A stretch of 64,000 nt of DNA from Thalia democratica (Eukaryota): assembly GCA_965202585.1 (NCBI GenBank), contig OZ241832.1:62806001-62870000 (forward strand). The letters are read 5' to 3'. This document shows positions 24,821 through 38,994 of the stretch, piece by piece. Both the position numbers and the translations under genes were made by a program. The notes beneath the pieces are model-generated. The model did not search any database. It was not told the DNA's origin and saw nothing but the letters and a program-made list of their open reading frames with translations. How positions within the stretch are numbered: position 1 is the first letter of the stretch; every line of letters starts with the position of its first letter.

Positions 24821-26984
24821 TATAACCAACATACACTCTATGTTATTTTATAGTTATTTAGAAAACTTGACATTTAAGAATTTAAAAAAGTGACATAAGA
24901 AGTTGACTAATAGAATTTGTTCATTTAAATATACTTATTTGTCTCTTTATGTTTTAAGATTTTAATTTTCATCTCTGTTAGGACAAAATATTTTTTTTAA
25001 TTCTAAATACGATATTTTCAAGCTCAAAAAATGAGAGGCTTTTTAGATGTATACACTTATCTACTTATCATTTTCTTTTAGTCTATAAAGTTTATTTATT
25101 GAAAACAATTTCAATGAAATTTTATTAGTGTTGTATGTAGGAAAGTATTATTCTACAAACAAACGTTTTTAGTTAAATAATAAATAGGATAAAATTAGTT
25201 TTGTTTTATAAATATTATAAAATGTTTAAACTTTTATATAATTTTTTTTCTTATATGGTTTAATTACTGAAACAACAAAATTTATGTATTTTTCCTTGAT
25301 AAAATAAATTTAACTTAAACTCCCATTTTCCATATAAATTTATGTTTTTAGAAAAATTTCTAAGACGTAAAAAAATAGATGTTTAAATGTTAGAAACTAA
25401 CAAATTGTTGTTATTCTTCTTTTATGTATTTTGAAATAAACTATTGCAAATTTTACAGCTGTGTATATATAATAAATCTGCAGCTTAATTTAAACAATTA
25501 TTAATATATAACCTTTGTTAAGGTATTATCTGTATTGTTTATTACTATCTGTGGTTACTTTAATCATTAGTAAAAATCAGACCTAAAGTTAGCAAAAATT
25601 ATTAGTACCCAATTTTTCAAATATTTTTTTAAATATATGACAAATTTTACTTACAAACAGCTAATTGTTATCACTCGTAGTAAAATCAGTACAACAATGC
25701 TGATTGCAAGTTTTTTATTTGTATTTCAAATATCTTGTTTGCTTTAGAAAATAAAGGAGCATAGTTTATTATAATTTTAGCTTATTATTTAGCTAAAACG
25801 GGTAAACGTTTTCGATTAACAACTTGAGATACTTTATAGCATTTATGTAACTATTACTTATACTGAAGGCTTAAAATTTGTAAAATGTTTAAATAAGTTA
25901 TATCAAATCAAATCTAAAAAATATTAATATTCTAAAGCACTAGAAGACTATTAGTTATGCTTTTTTAAAAATAGTCATTTTTAGTCGAAAATTAAGGCAT
26001 TTTCAAAAACAGGTTAATTTTAATTTGTTTTAAGAAAAACATACATTCTAATTGATAGATAAAGTATTTGAATTTTCACCATTTATTTTATATTCAATGA
26101 GATAAATTAATCTTTTGAGTTATGCTAAGTTATAATGAATATTATTATTGAAAGTAGAGTACCGTTTTAAATATTTAAAACAATTATAGTACAAAATTTC
26201 TAATAGATATAAAGTCCTAATAGTAAGGTTCTTTTCCTTGTTTATGGAAATTTTCGCCAAGCTTAATTTCCACTGCTTTGTCTATGATTGACTTATTTGT
26301 ATGTTTGTCAGTTTCTTTAGACAGTTTTTTTTTCTTTAACTTCACTAAATTCGGTGTTTCAAAAGCGTCAATTTTGTGCTTATAGTGACGTAATGAATTA
26401 TTTTGAATTGACTAGACAGAATAGCAACCATAAACGATTTATCGTAGTTGCTCGCTACTTATTAAACGATTTTTACGATCTCCTCTTGTATACTAGGTAA
26501 AAAACAATTTATTCTAAAATATATTACATACATCAAGCTTTTTTTACTAAATAAGATTGTCTCAATAAGATTTGTGTTGTCATCGAAACCTTTTCGCTAA
26601 ATTATTCACTTAAAATATCAACTGATGAGTAAATAGAGTTTATTTTTACTTTTTAACATACATACTTTGAATTAAAACTTACCAAATGTTTATCTTTATA
26701 AAAAAAAAATACTTTTTACAACACCTACAGATATTAAACAACATTATAGTATTAATAGGTACTATTATATGTTGTTAGATACTATATTAATAGGTACTGT
26801 AGTATTACTTATCTACATTCTAAGTTTTTTAACTAACTAACCAAAATTTCAACATGCTTTTTTACCAAATTATTTGAAGTGAATTACAATTTTTAGCAAA
26901 AGCGTCGCGTTAGAACAGTGATCAACTTAAAATAATTAACAAAATTATAATAATTTGTAAAAACGTCGAAGTTTTATCAATAAT

Positions 26985-27305
26985 GTCTCGATTTTACCTA
27001 CAAACGGTCGCTTTAGTGCTTATGTACTTTATTCCGCTTCGTTAGATGTCCACCACAGCTTTATTATCGCGATTATAAATATAGTTCTGTTAACCGGTCG
27101 TGAGTTATATTGCATTCTGTTGTTATTGGTCGTGTAGTGGAGTACATTATTTATTGTTGATGAAGCTATAAATCTTAACTTTGTTGATAAGGACCGAAAA
27201 AAGTACTGGTTAATTATGTAGATAAAATGTTTAGAATATTTATTTATTTGTACCTGATGATCTGTTTTTGCCAGTGACGCTTATTTGTGCTGTAAACATT
27301 TAAAT
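26985..27305 (+). mobile_element. Decayed, circularly permuted monomer of the 327-bp hammerhead repeat
   Basis: Colinear matches to the minus-strand unit: CAAACGGTCGCTT.AGT.CT (27001), AACCGGTCGTG (27092), AATCTTAACTTTGTTGATAAGGACCGAAA...TACTGG (27171-27210), GACGC...GCTGT. The catalytic core is lost. Confidence 0.65.
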
Positions 27306-27810
27306 GAATACAAACAATTGTAAATAAAAGTTTGCAACTTTGGAACTATTCACATTTTAATCGAAAAACAGCATCATTTCAAGTACTACTTATACAAGTT
27401 CTCACGAAAATTAAACTTAAATAAAAATTAGTTTGTGTTAAAAAAAACTTATTATAAAATTAAAATTTTTAATTATTTATAAAAACAAAGTTCTTTAAAC
27501 TTTTTCTAACTGTTTACAACTTTGTAAATGTTATTATCAGTACACAGTCATTTTTAAACTTTTAGCAAATAATCTCCCATAAAATTATCTGTAACTAAGT
27601 TTTACTACTTACATAAGTTTATGTGCGTATTTTACCAAATAAAAGTAACAATATTTAATTAAAATGTCCTCGGAATTTACGTGATCTAAAGCTTAGTAAC
27701 CTAAATTGTTATCAGAAAATCGTAACAAAATAACTTGAGCATAAAATTTTAAATTAAGACAAACAAATTTTTATATATTCTTCAGAGCTTTTATTAGTTG
27801 ACTTCTGACA

Positions 27811-30800
27811 GTCCTGATATAAAGTAGCTTTCTTAAACTTTATTGTTCTATTTTTTTAAAAAGAAAGAATTTAAAATATTTCGTTATTGACCCCATAGTT
27901 ACAAGCTAATATTAATGTGTAAATTTTAAACAATACAAAACTATTGATATTTTGATACCGTTCAATTCTTTATTTGGTCAAATAACCTTCACATAAAGTT
28001 TCATATAGTTATAAATATTCTAAATTAATGTAATATAAAAAAAATAAAGTGTTTTTTGTTAACAGTTCTAATAAGTTATTATTATTTTTTTACATTAAAT
28101 TTATTTTGAATATAAATTGAACATTCTCAACTTTAAATACTTACTTAAATTTGAACGTTATAGTTTTGATATAGTACTAAACCAGTTTCACTTGCTGTTC
28201 CATTTAGTTTAATGTTGAATAAATAAAATAAGTCAACTAGAAAGCAAATTTTTCTGGTGTAAAGTTGAACAAAATTTAGAACAGATCCATATAAATTACC
28301 CATAGAGAGTGTTAAGAGATTTAGATCAAGACCTTCAAGATGTATCTGTAAAGTTAAACTTAATTGTTATTTGTATAATTGATTGTAAAGTCTTTTTTAT
28401 GTATTGTAATTTTTATAATTAATGTTTATTTAGTTTCTAAGTAAATTATTCTTAATTTAATTTATGCATTGTTAAAGTATATTCCTAATAGATTAAGTTT
28501 TGTTTATTTTTTTTTCCATTTAAAATCATTCTAAAGTTGGTGTTATTGATAAATTTGTTAGTGTTTCTATCTGTTATTTATATAAAAAATAACCAATAAC
28601 CGTAATGTCTAGCTTTAAGAAGTAGTATAGTAAAACATTTATGTATCATTAAGTTATATGTTAAGTTTAAATCTAATTATAATTTATATCAGGGTTTCCT
28701 AAACTAATTTTAAAAGGCCTTGTTCAAACAATTTAAAATGCTATGGTCTTTTTCTAACATGATTACTCCAAAAACTACTATTGAAAACGCATAAGACCTT
28801 TTGCACTTCATCACCAACTCTAGAATATCTAGTGTATGACTCAAATTATGACTAAATGGCTACCTGTGGCTCCTTTACTGCTAAACCCACCCCTACCACC
28901 TTTGCTGCTCATGCCCCAATATCTGCCATGGTCCACTTTCAGAAACCTTGTTTTGCAGTAAACTCTTGTGTAACATAAAATTTTTTCTTTTAAACAAATC
29001 GTAGTTGTGGATTTCCAGATATATTTTACAATTATTAGTGGAATAATCCTAAAAATATTTTTCTGTTGACATTTTTACTGTATGCTTTTATTACTGCTCA
29101 TTTTAAATAAATTTAAACTTGACTTAGAACTTATTGATAGTTAAATTCTTTACTGTACAACTTCTATAAGCTCGACATGACAGTTATAGATTATTTTATA
29201 AAAAAAACAGGTAGAAAAATCTAAAAAATTATCAAGAGTAATATTACCCTCCTCATTCTTTGGCCGCTTTTTCGCTCATAGCTCCTGAATATCTGTGTGG
29301 GCTTTCGACTCTTTTTTGGACACCCTGATCTAAGCAATATACATTTTGATGCACTTTATGGTGTCAAAACATTTGAAACTTATAATTTTAATTTTATATG
29401 TGTTTCTTCTATTTAGGGATGATCTAGACTGGTTTTATTGAGCCTGTTTTACCCATAAAAATTGACATAAAAAGTAAGCTTAAAGAATAAAAATAAAAAC
29501 AGATGTGTATTACTATTTTGATAAAGTTACATTTGTTAAGAAGTCGTCTGTATAAATAAAGTATGAGCAGTTGAAAATGTTTTGATAACTAATTTTTAAT
29601 TTAGTTAGTACTCCAGAATATCTAGTGTAAGTTTTGAATTATAACTTCCCCTTTTACTGCTTATGGTAGCATAAATTTCCTTTTTTCCTAATATTTTCAA
29701 AACTATGTTTTAACCTACCATTAAAATTGCCTAATACCTATGTTTTCTGTTTTCTTTCCATTATTAACACAAGTTTATCTAATTCAAGTTTCAATGCATG
29801 ATCTAATGGCCCCCTGCGGCTCCATTTTTGCTCTATGTCTAGGCCACCTAAATTGGGGGCGACTTGTCCCAGTTTAGAAAACCCTGAGTTAGATAGAAAT
29901 AAAGTTAATAACAATTAGTGTTTTAGGCTAATCTACATTTTTGAGTCTATACTAAATTTAAAACTAAAAAGAAAATCTAGCAAAATCTTTAAAGATTCTA
30001 TGTTGTTTTTCTGTGTGAAAAAGTTTCTTTTTAAAAAACTTTATAGAAAAAATAAATTTATGGAAATAGTAATCGGTGTTTTTGTGAACTAGTTTTTGTT
30101 CGAAATATACTATTTATTTTTGTTAACATACTCAGTTTCAATTATTTTGTCTGCTATATTTAAAAAAGTTACTTAGTTACTTTTATTTGAGAAATATCAA
30201 GATATTTTTTTTTGCAGAACATGAAGTTTTTTGAGAAAGATAAAAATGCCCTGATAAAATAAATACTAAACACACTTTAGGATGTTCATAAATATTGAAA
30301 CTATATACTTAATTATAATTGAAATTTGAAAACTATTTTTTAAAGTTTGTAATCACTATTATCTATGTTCATTCCCTACCCTCATGAAAAAAAGTGTTTT
30401 TTTGTTTATACTATTATAATATAAATAAATAAATACTATCTCAATAAGGGATGTAGTAAACATATCTTTCTATTTTATATGGCTATCCTTTTCTAATAAA
30501 TATATACTTTTTTTGTCGTTTTAAGAAACTTGTTGTTGTAATGAGCTGTTCAGGAATAATTTAATAATTTTCTTATTTTGAAAAGTTAGCTATTTAACAA
30601 AAAATCCATTCTGTTAAATAGTTTTAGTTATCTTATTGCTATTTGATAATTTTATTTATTAAACAGTTTAATATACTTATGTTTTGTTTGGAAATTTTAG
30701 TATAAGTAGTTCCTAATTAACTCAAAACTTTATTTTTAAAAATTGTCATAGTTTTTGAGTTTATTTTTTACCTAATACTTTTTGCATATAAAATAACTTT

Positions 30801-32150
30801 AATCTAGTTGTTAAGCTATTAAGCTTTTTATATCTTTTTCGTTTCCAATATTTTTAATAATTTTTGGTACAAAATAGTAATTTTTAAAGTAAATATAAAT
30901 GTTTACTGTATTTTTTCTTTTCTGTAGTAGGTTCTGTAAATTATTTAGCTAGCAAGAAAATACATATAATTTTTTTTCAGTAAACTTGTTATATATTTCT
31001 TTGCGGGTCATATGGTCCAAAAAATGTTGACTATAAATTATAAAATCCAATTCTGAATAAATAATAAAAAATATTTTAATAAGACATAATTAAAAGAGGT
31101 AATTGCAGGTTTTTTTACTTAATTTTTTTTTCATTTCTTTCAATTTTGTCTTGAATTTATATTAAAATTAAAGTTTTTTTCAGTCTTTTTTACTATATTA
31201 AGGGTGTTCAAAAAAAATATTATTAATATTAAGGGTGTTCAAAAAAACTCATTTTCTTAAAACTTTTGATAATATTAGAAGTTAGGTTAGGACACTCAAT
31301 CAATATAACTCAAAATAACTAAAGACCAGTAAATTTGTTTTGAAATTACTAAAAACAGTATTATTATTTTGAATTTTTTCTTATACTACTCAGACTATGA
31401 ATAGTTTTGATTATGATTTTATTCACAATAGTTTTATTATTTCTGAAAACATCCTGTAATTTTTTCCTAAAGATTGAGAAAGATTTGGTAGATTTAGTTT
31501 TAATAATTTGTTATATTTTGAACATTTTCGTTAGACAAGTCAGTTTTTATTGTTTTCAAAAATATCTTAAGTTTTTCTTATTAGACTTAATAAAACTTAA
31601 GATGACTCAGGACTATTTTCTGTGACTCTGAAGAGATCTTTTGACACTAAATAGCAACCCTTGTAATGGAATACCAACTACATAGCTGTTGCATTTAGTT
31701 GGACATCAAATATTAGAAAATCAGTCAACCAGAAAGTAATTTGATCTGTTGCAAGCTTAAATATTTAACTTAAAGCCATTTAAACCAGCCACAATGTGAT
31801 TGTAGGAGACATTCTAACAAGACCTTCCATACGTAGTTACAGAATTGTACTGAGTTTTTATTTACATGTTGTTTTCTATTAAATAATGTTTATAACTGTA
31901 TGGTTATTTTTTTAATTATAATTTCAAATAGTTAGTTGTACATTGCTATAGTATATTCCTGTTGGATTAAACCCTTCTGTAAAACTTTTGACCACATTTT
32001 AAGTGTTATAAAAAGTATGGTGCTCTTTATATACTTTTTATTTTGTGAAATGTTCTTTAATATAAAATATGATCACCAAAAGTCTTTCCTGGCTTTTAGA
32101 AGTAGTATATAAAACTTTCAAAAATTATAAAAGCTTAGTTTAAATATAAT
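27811..32150 (+). repeat. Segmental duplication, copy A (partner 33800-37740)
   Basis: Colinear shared blocks, e.g. GTCCTGATATAAAGTAGCTTTCTTAAACTTTATTGTTCTA (27811/33800), AATATTACCCTCCTC (~29240/~35435), and the near-identical 31400-31700/37025-37330. Confidence 0.85.
28690..29886. mobile_element. hAT/Charlie-like non-autonomous element
   Basis: TIRs CAGGGTTTCCTAAACT / AGTTTAGAAAACCCTG (15/16). Flanks ATTTATAT / AGTTAGAT match 6/8. An extra internal right-end-like motif lies near 28930-28950. Confidence 0.5.
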
Positions 32151-32154
32151 TATG

Positions 32155-33805
32155 CAGGGTTGCCACTTGGTCAGAAAAGTCAGGAAATAAGGAAGAGTCA
32201 AGAAAAATTTTAAAAAATGACAAAAGTCAGGAAAAGTCAGGAAAAAAGGGGGTGTTGAATAAAAGTCAGGAAAGGCCAGGAAACTTAATAAAAATTAAAA
32301 AAAGTCAGATTCTGTCAGTTTAGATTTACAAAATTCCTTGTTTTTCAAAGCCTTCAAATGGTAAAAATTAATTAAAAGTCATTTAAAGTCAGAAAAAAAT
32401 TCCAAAGTTTTCCTAAAAATTTCAAAATATTTTATTTTTTTTCCAATGCCTTCATCTGATATAAATTAGTAAAATGTCTTTTATAAAACTGCAAAAATTT
32501 TCTATTAGCATATTGAAGAAGTACCCTACTTGAACAAGTAGTTTTTGTAAATTTTTTAGTATTGATGATCTGTAGCAAGGACACTTCCATAGTGAAACTG
32601 TGATATATACACAAAAATTTATCTAGCATAATTTTAGAATTAAAGTATTTTCGTCTAAGTAAATAATTGAGTTCTTTATAACTAAGCAGTTAATTCAGTA
32701 TTTTATGTAATAGTTAATGTGAATACTTTGCCTCTTTATATTTCTTTAAAGCTGTTTAAATTTATATAATAAGTTATAAGAGAGGTGTATGCCAAGATTA
32801 AGTTTACTTATTATTTGTTTTTTTTGTAGAGTAACTTAAGTTTTAAAAGTAAATAACAGTAAATTTATTTGTTACAAATTTTATACTAAATGATAAGAGG
32901 AAGTATTTTATACAACAGATATATAGTTTACTTTTTTACGTCTTTTTTTTACAGTTACTTAAGTGTATTCCTTTTTTAATTGATTTTTAGTTAAAGGATT
33001 TTATATTATATAGTTTGGGTTGTATTTTATTAAACTAAGTGAACAGTCTATTTAAGTAAAATATGTTTTAAGTAAACACTTTTTATTATTAGATATTTTT
33101 AACTTCTATGTTGTTTTTCAACTTATATGCTAAGTCTGACTACAGTTTACTTTTTTAGTTAGATAAATAGCTTACTATTGGTAGAGAGTAAATTTATTTT
33201 TTGTATTAAGGTGTTAGAATAGAATTATTTTTACAGAAAACTATTATTTTATTTATTAGGTTTTCAAACTCAGACAAACCATCATTATTTTTTCAGATCA
33301 GTATTATTTTTTTTATTTATGCCAAAGTTTACATATTCTAAAAAATTTTGTTCTTTATTGTTTTAAGGTTCAAATGTAACAGTTTGTTAATGTTATTGTT
33401 TCAAGACTTTAGTTGTGAAAGTTCGTTATTAATTTAAGGTTTTAATTGTAAAAGTTCCTTATATTTAGTTTGCTTATCTAGATACATTTATGCTAAGAAA
33501 TGCTACAAAATTGTGTCTTTTTTCAGACAAGCTGTGTTTATAAGGTAATAATACAAATATTTTGCTGATAGAGCTGTTTATTACAATCATCAATCATAGA
33601 CAGATGGTTTAAGCTATGTACTGGGAGTTTGATGATAGAATTCAGCAAAAAACTGTTGTTTTTAACCTGTATTAAAATTAGATTGAAAGCTTTATATAGT
33701 TTCAAGTGTTAGATTGTGTATTTTAGAATAAGTTTAATTTTTGAGTTTAATTTAGAAAAGTCAGGAAAATTTTGTCAAAAGTCAGGATTTATTCTGGAAG
33801 TCCTG
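32155..33805. mobile_element. hAT-like element with AAAAGTCAGGA subterminal repeats, between the two duplicated segments
   Basis: Left TIR CAGGGTTGCCAC at 32155; AGTCAGGA repeats at 32170-32400 and 33757-33790. The right end (CTGGAAGTCCTG) is degenerate and no TSD is seen. Confidence 0.5.
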
Positions 33806-36800
33806 ATATAAAGTAGCTTTCTTAAACTTTATTGTTCTAGTATTAATCAAAAAAGAATTTAAAACATTCTGTTATTTACCCCATAGTAACAAGCTTATTT
33901 AAAGCAGATACATATTAATGTGCAAATCTTTAACAAATAAAAACTATCGATATTTTGATACCTTTTAAGTCTTTATTTGAGCAAATTGTCTTTATATAAA
34001 GTTTCTTAAGATAAAACTATTTCAGATAGATGTAATTTAGAAAATAATTATCGTGTTATTTGTTAAAAGTTCTTTTAAGTTAATTATTTTATATTTTGTT
34101 TAAGGTTTATATTGAATCTGAGTAGAAAATTTTCAACTTTAAATACTTACTTAAATTTGAACGTTATAGTGTTGATGTACTACAAAACCAGTTTCACTCG
34201 TTGTTCCATTTAGTTTAATTTTAAATACTATAAAATCAGTCAACCAAAAAGCAAGTTTTTGTGGTGTAAAATACGAGCTTGAACTAAGCTCAAGAGCGTT
34301 TTTTAGGAATTTTATAAAAAGTCCAAACTTAAGACCCAATTATTTTCCCTACCTTAATAAATAATTAAAACTTTGTTTTTTATTCTAGAGAACGGTCCTT
34401 TGTCTTTAATTTAAAAAATCCATTGAATCGGGGTTTGACCTTTTGAGTGGGGCCTATTCAATTTTTTTTGTTTTTTTCTATTTTACTATTTATACAATTT
34501 TCTTAATTTTTTTTTTTTTTTAATTTTTATTTTTTAACATACTTAACATTTAAATTGAGTTAAATAATGCTAAAAAACTTGAAACTTTTTTTTCAATTTT
34601 TTTTATACCATAAGCCTAAATAAATTTTTCAGAAAAATTCCAATTTTGTACGATTTTTGTTTTTTAGATATACAACTTTTTGTCAAAATTATTTTTTTTT
34701 ATTAATTTATATTTTTAACAGATTTAGATAACTCTGCTTTATAATGTTGTGATATTTTTTTCCTAATTTGTTATTGCTTTTAAAATATATGACCCATACA
34801 AGTTTTATCTAAATTCTTAGCACTTGAGCAAGATATCCATCAAATAGTGTTGCTAAGAATTTAGATAAAAATTGTATGGGTCATTTATTTTGAAATCAAA
34901 AGTAAACTGGGAAAAATATCACAACATCACAAAACAGAACTATACAAATCTGTTAAATATAAAAATCAATAAAAAAATATTTCATACCTATACCTTTTTT
35001 TGCACTTCATCATCAACTCAAGAATATCTAGTGTACGTTTCAAATTATGACAAAATTGTCACCTGGGGCTGCTCATGTCCCCTAGAGTATCTGTCATGGA
35101 CCACTTAGGGAAACCCAGGTTTACAGTAAAATCTAGTTCAATATAAGATGTTTTTATTGTAAAAAAAAATTGTGGTTTTGAATTTTCAAAAATACCTTAC
35201 AATTTTTAGTATAATAATCCTTAAAATGTTTTTTTATGATATTATTACTGTATGCTTTAATTACTGCTCATTTTAATTAAATTTAAACAAAACAATAGTT
35301 AATAAATTTGAATTTATTGTTTTATAAAGTTAAATAATATTTTACTATACTACTTCTAAAAGCTAGAAATGACAGTTATTTGTAATATTTTATAAAAAGA
35401 ACAGATAGAAATAATTACAAATTTATCAAGAGGAATATTACCCTCCTCCCTCTTTGGCCCCTTTATTTGGTCATGGGTCATGAAAATCTGTCATAGCTCC
35501 AAAGGAGGCTATCGACCCATTTTGGGATCCCTGATCTAAGCACTATACATTGTGATGCATTTGAATAATTTCAAAATATTTGAAACTTATTCTTTTAATT
35601 TTACTTAGTTTCTTTCTACTAGTTTCTTTGGGATGATCATAACTGGTTTTATGGAACCTGTCTTACCAAAAAAATAGATATAAAAAATAAGTCTACTTTA
35701 AAATATAAAAACAAATGTGTATTTGTAATGTGATAAAATTAGATTTATTAAGAAGTCTGTATAAATAAAGTTTAAGCAGTTTAAATCGTATTGATAACTA
35801 ATTTTTATTTTACCTAGTACTCCAGAATATCTAGTGTAAGTTTAAAATTATGACTCTCCCTTTTACAGCTGTTTTTTGTTTGTAATCACTATTATCTATA
35901 CTTATTTCCTACCCTCATATGAAAATGTTTTCTTAATTATACTATTATAATCTACATAAATATATACTATCTAAATAAAGGATATAGTAAGTACATCTTC
36001 CTATTGTATATGGCTAAGCTGTTCAAAAAAAATATACTTTTTTGTTGCAGTTTTATGAAACTTGTTGTTGTAATGAGTTGTTCAGGGATAATTTATAATT
36101 TTACTTATTTTGAAAAGCTAGCTATTAAACAAGAAATACATTTCTGTTTAAAAGTTAATCTCTATCATACTGCTACCTGATAATTTCATTTATTATTAGT
36201 ACAATTTATTAATATTTTGTTTTGAAATTTAAGTATAAATAATTCTGAGTAAGTTTAAAGCTTTTTTTGAAAGGTCATTTTAGTTTTGGAGACTTGTTTT
36301 TTGCAAAATACATTTTGCATTTAAAATTATTTTAATCTAATTGATAAACTATTTAATTTTTTATATTATTTTTGTTTCCAATATATCTTATAATTTTTGA
36401 TTCAAAATAATATTTTTTAAGGGAATTTTAAATTTTTACTGTACTTTATTTTTTCATTTAGTGGGTTATGTAATTTGTTTAGCTAGCAAGAAAATTAGCA
36501 TTTTTTTTCTATAAACTTGTTAAAAACCTCTCTGCGGGTCATATAATCCTAAAAATTTCGACTTTAAGTTTTAAAATCCACTTTTGAATAAAGTTATAGA
36601 GAAGATTTTAGGAATTAGTTAAAAGTGATAATTGACAAAGTTTTTTTTTACTTAATATTTTTTAAAAGTTTCTAGAATTTGTGTTAAAATCAGAGTCTTT
36701 TTTCAGTCTTTTATACTAAAAAAATTATTGAAATTGAACATAGATAAAAAATATGATCTACATTGTATTAGATATACTTTAAAATAAATTATTATTAATT

Positions 36801-37740
36801 GATATTAAACAATATTATTTCAAACAGCTGTCACAAATTTCATCAAAAGTGTTAAGGATGTTCAGAAAACTTTAGAAATTAAAGATGTTAGTAATATTAG
36901 GAGTTAGGTATCCAAACGTTTGGACACTGGAGATTACTCAAAATAACTAAAGAACATTAAACATATTAAGAAATTACTGAGGACAACTTGAATATTTTGA
37001 GTGTTTTCTTATACTCCGCAGGCTATGAATAGTTTTGATTTTGCTTTTATTCACAATAGTTTTATTATTTCTAAAAACATCCTGTAATTTTTTCCTAAAG
37101 ATTGAGAAACATTTGATAGATATAGTTTTAATAATTTGTTATTTTTTGAAATGTTCGTTAGACAAGTCAGTTTTTTATTGTTTTCAAAAATATCTAAAGT
37201 TTTTCTTATTAGACTTAATTAAACTTAAGATGACTCAGGATTATTTTTAGTGACTCTGAACAGATCTTTTAATACAAAATAGCAACCCTTGTAATGGAAT
37301 ACCAGTTACATTGCTGTTGCATTTAGTTGAACACTAAATATTACAAAACTAGTCAACCAGAAAGTAATTTGATCTGTTAGAAATATAATTTTTTAACATA
37401 AAGCTATAAAAACCAGCCACAATGTGATTGTAAGAGAAATTTTAACAAGACCTTCCGTACGTAGTTACAGAATTGTTCATAGTTTTTATTATTATTCTTG
37501 TTTTCTAAAAAAATGTTTATTACTGTATAATTATTTTTTTATTTCTATTAAAATAGTTAATAGTACATTTTAAAAGTATATTCCTATTAGATTTGACTCG
37601 TCTGTAAAACGTTTAAAATATTAAAGGTTTTATATAAAGTGTGATGTTCTGTATAAACTTTTAATGTTTGATATGTTCTTTAGTATAAAATTTTACCACC
37701 AAAAGTCATGCCTGGCTTTTGAAGCAGAATATAATACTTT
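33800..37740 (+). repeat. Segmental duplication, copy B, leading into gene 3 exon 1
   Basis: See 27811-32150. Differs by a replaced block (~34270-35025 versus ~28260-28820) and by loss of ~29650-30350. Confidence 0.85.
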
Positions 37741-37920
37741 TCTATTTTAGTTTTGAAATATTTTTTATTCAAACTGGTAATTATATAAAAAAATTAGTTA
37801 CAAATGTTTAGAAAACTTTTATATGTCAAAATTTTGAAAAGATAGTTTAAGTAGTTTAAAAATGATCATTTACATTCAAAACAGTTATAATATTATACTT
37901 AGGAAAAAAGTTTTGAAGTC

Positions 37921-38104
37921 ATGTCTGCAAAAAACAATTCAAGCGCAAACGACGTAAAGAATTTTAAAATTGCAAAAACCAATGAAAATTTAAACATTTC
38001 TTATGTTGATGAACACAAAAGTTTTCTAAATTTTTGCAAGCAAACTTCTGAAGTTAATTTCCAAATTAAAAATTTACAAGATTCTTACGGCTCTAATAAG
38101 TTGG
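37921..38104 (+). pseudogene. Kelch-like paralogue 3, exon 1 (open; the gene is a pseudogene)
   Basis: MSAKNNSS...SFLNFCK...SNKL, 184 nt, donor G|GTAAGTC at 38105. Confidence 0.85.
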
Positions 38105-38994
38105 GTAAGTCAATGTAATGTGTAAGTTACGATATTTTTATTTGTATAGTGTTATACTTATAACTTAAAAATGAAAAATAATTATGTTTACTTAATTTCA
38201 GTTTTTTTTATACAACTTAAAGTAAAATGAATCGTATATAATATAATGCAGATTATATGTTTTTATTTGATTGATATTTTCAGTACAAAATCTGCTTTAG
38301 ATTAATTCATAACAGTTGTTTTAACTGCATTCGTTGCTTAATTACAAAACTATTATATAATTTTTTTATGTTTTTATCTAATAAGTTATGTTCAACTTTT
38401 AACATCTATTTTATGCTTGTTTTTAAAATTTATAGATGTATGACAGTAATTATATGATCGAAAGTAGACCATATATTGTAAACGCCTTAAGATTACTCCA
38501 CTAATCTTTTAACATTTTTGAAATATTAAATATTTAGTTCATAGAAAACCTGTAGCTTAGGCAGTAAGAGGTGATATAGTTTTTTTAGGGGAGTTAATAA
38601 AATACGTATAAAATAATAGTCATGAAGTTTCTTTGTATAAATAAGAAATTACTAATTTGTTAAAATGTATGTTGTATGTATTTGATATTTTGTAAAAGTG
38701 TCATTAATTTTAACTTTACATTAAGTACTTGTATAATCCTATTAGAAAACAATTAAGACAACTTTTAGATTTTTCTAAAAAAAAAAACGAATTGTAAGAA
38801 AAAGAGACTACATTAAATCATAGTTTTAAAATAACGTGTAAACTATTTAACTAATTATTAATAAGTTAAATTTGAAATAACTACTTAACTTAGCCTGAAA
38901 AATACGAAATTAGAGAACATTGAAAAAAACTTGGTAAGAAACACTAACAGTTATATGTACTATAACTGTAATAACTTGAGTTATGATATTTCGG

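Noticed and set aside
27250-27290. TACCTGATGATCTG as a third hammerhead
   Set aside because: No GAAA or cleavage triplet downstream; it aligns to a non-ribozyme part of the decayed unit.
31407-37250. Near-identical 72/71-aa hydrophobic ORFs at 31407 and 37035
   Set aside because: They lie in the segmental duplication, have non-ATG starts and AT-biased composition; identity reflects the duplication.
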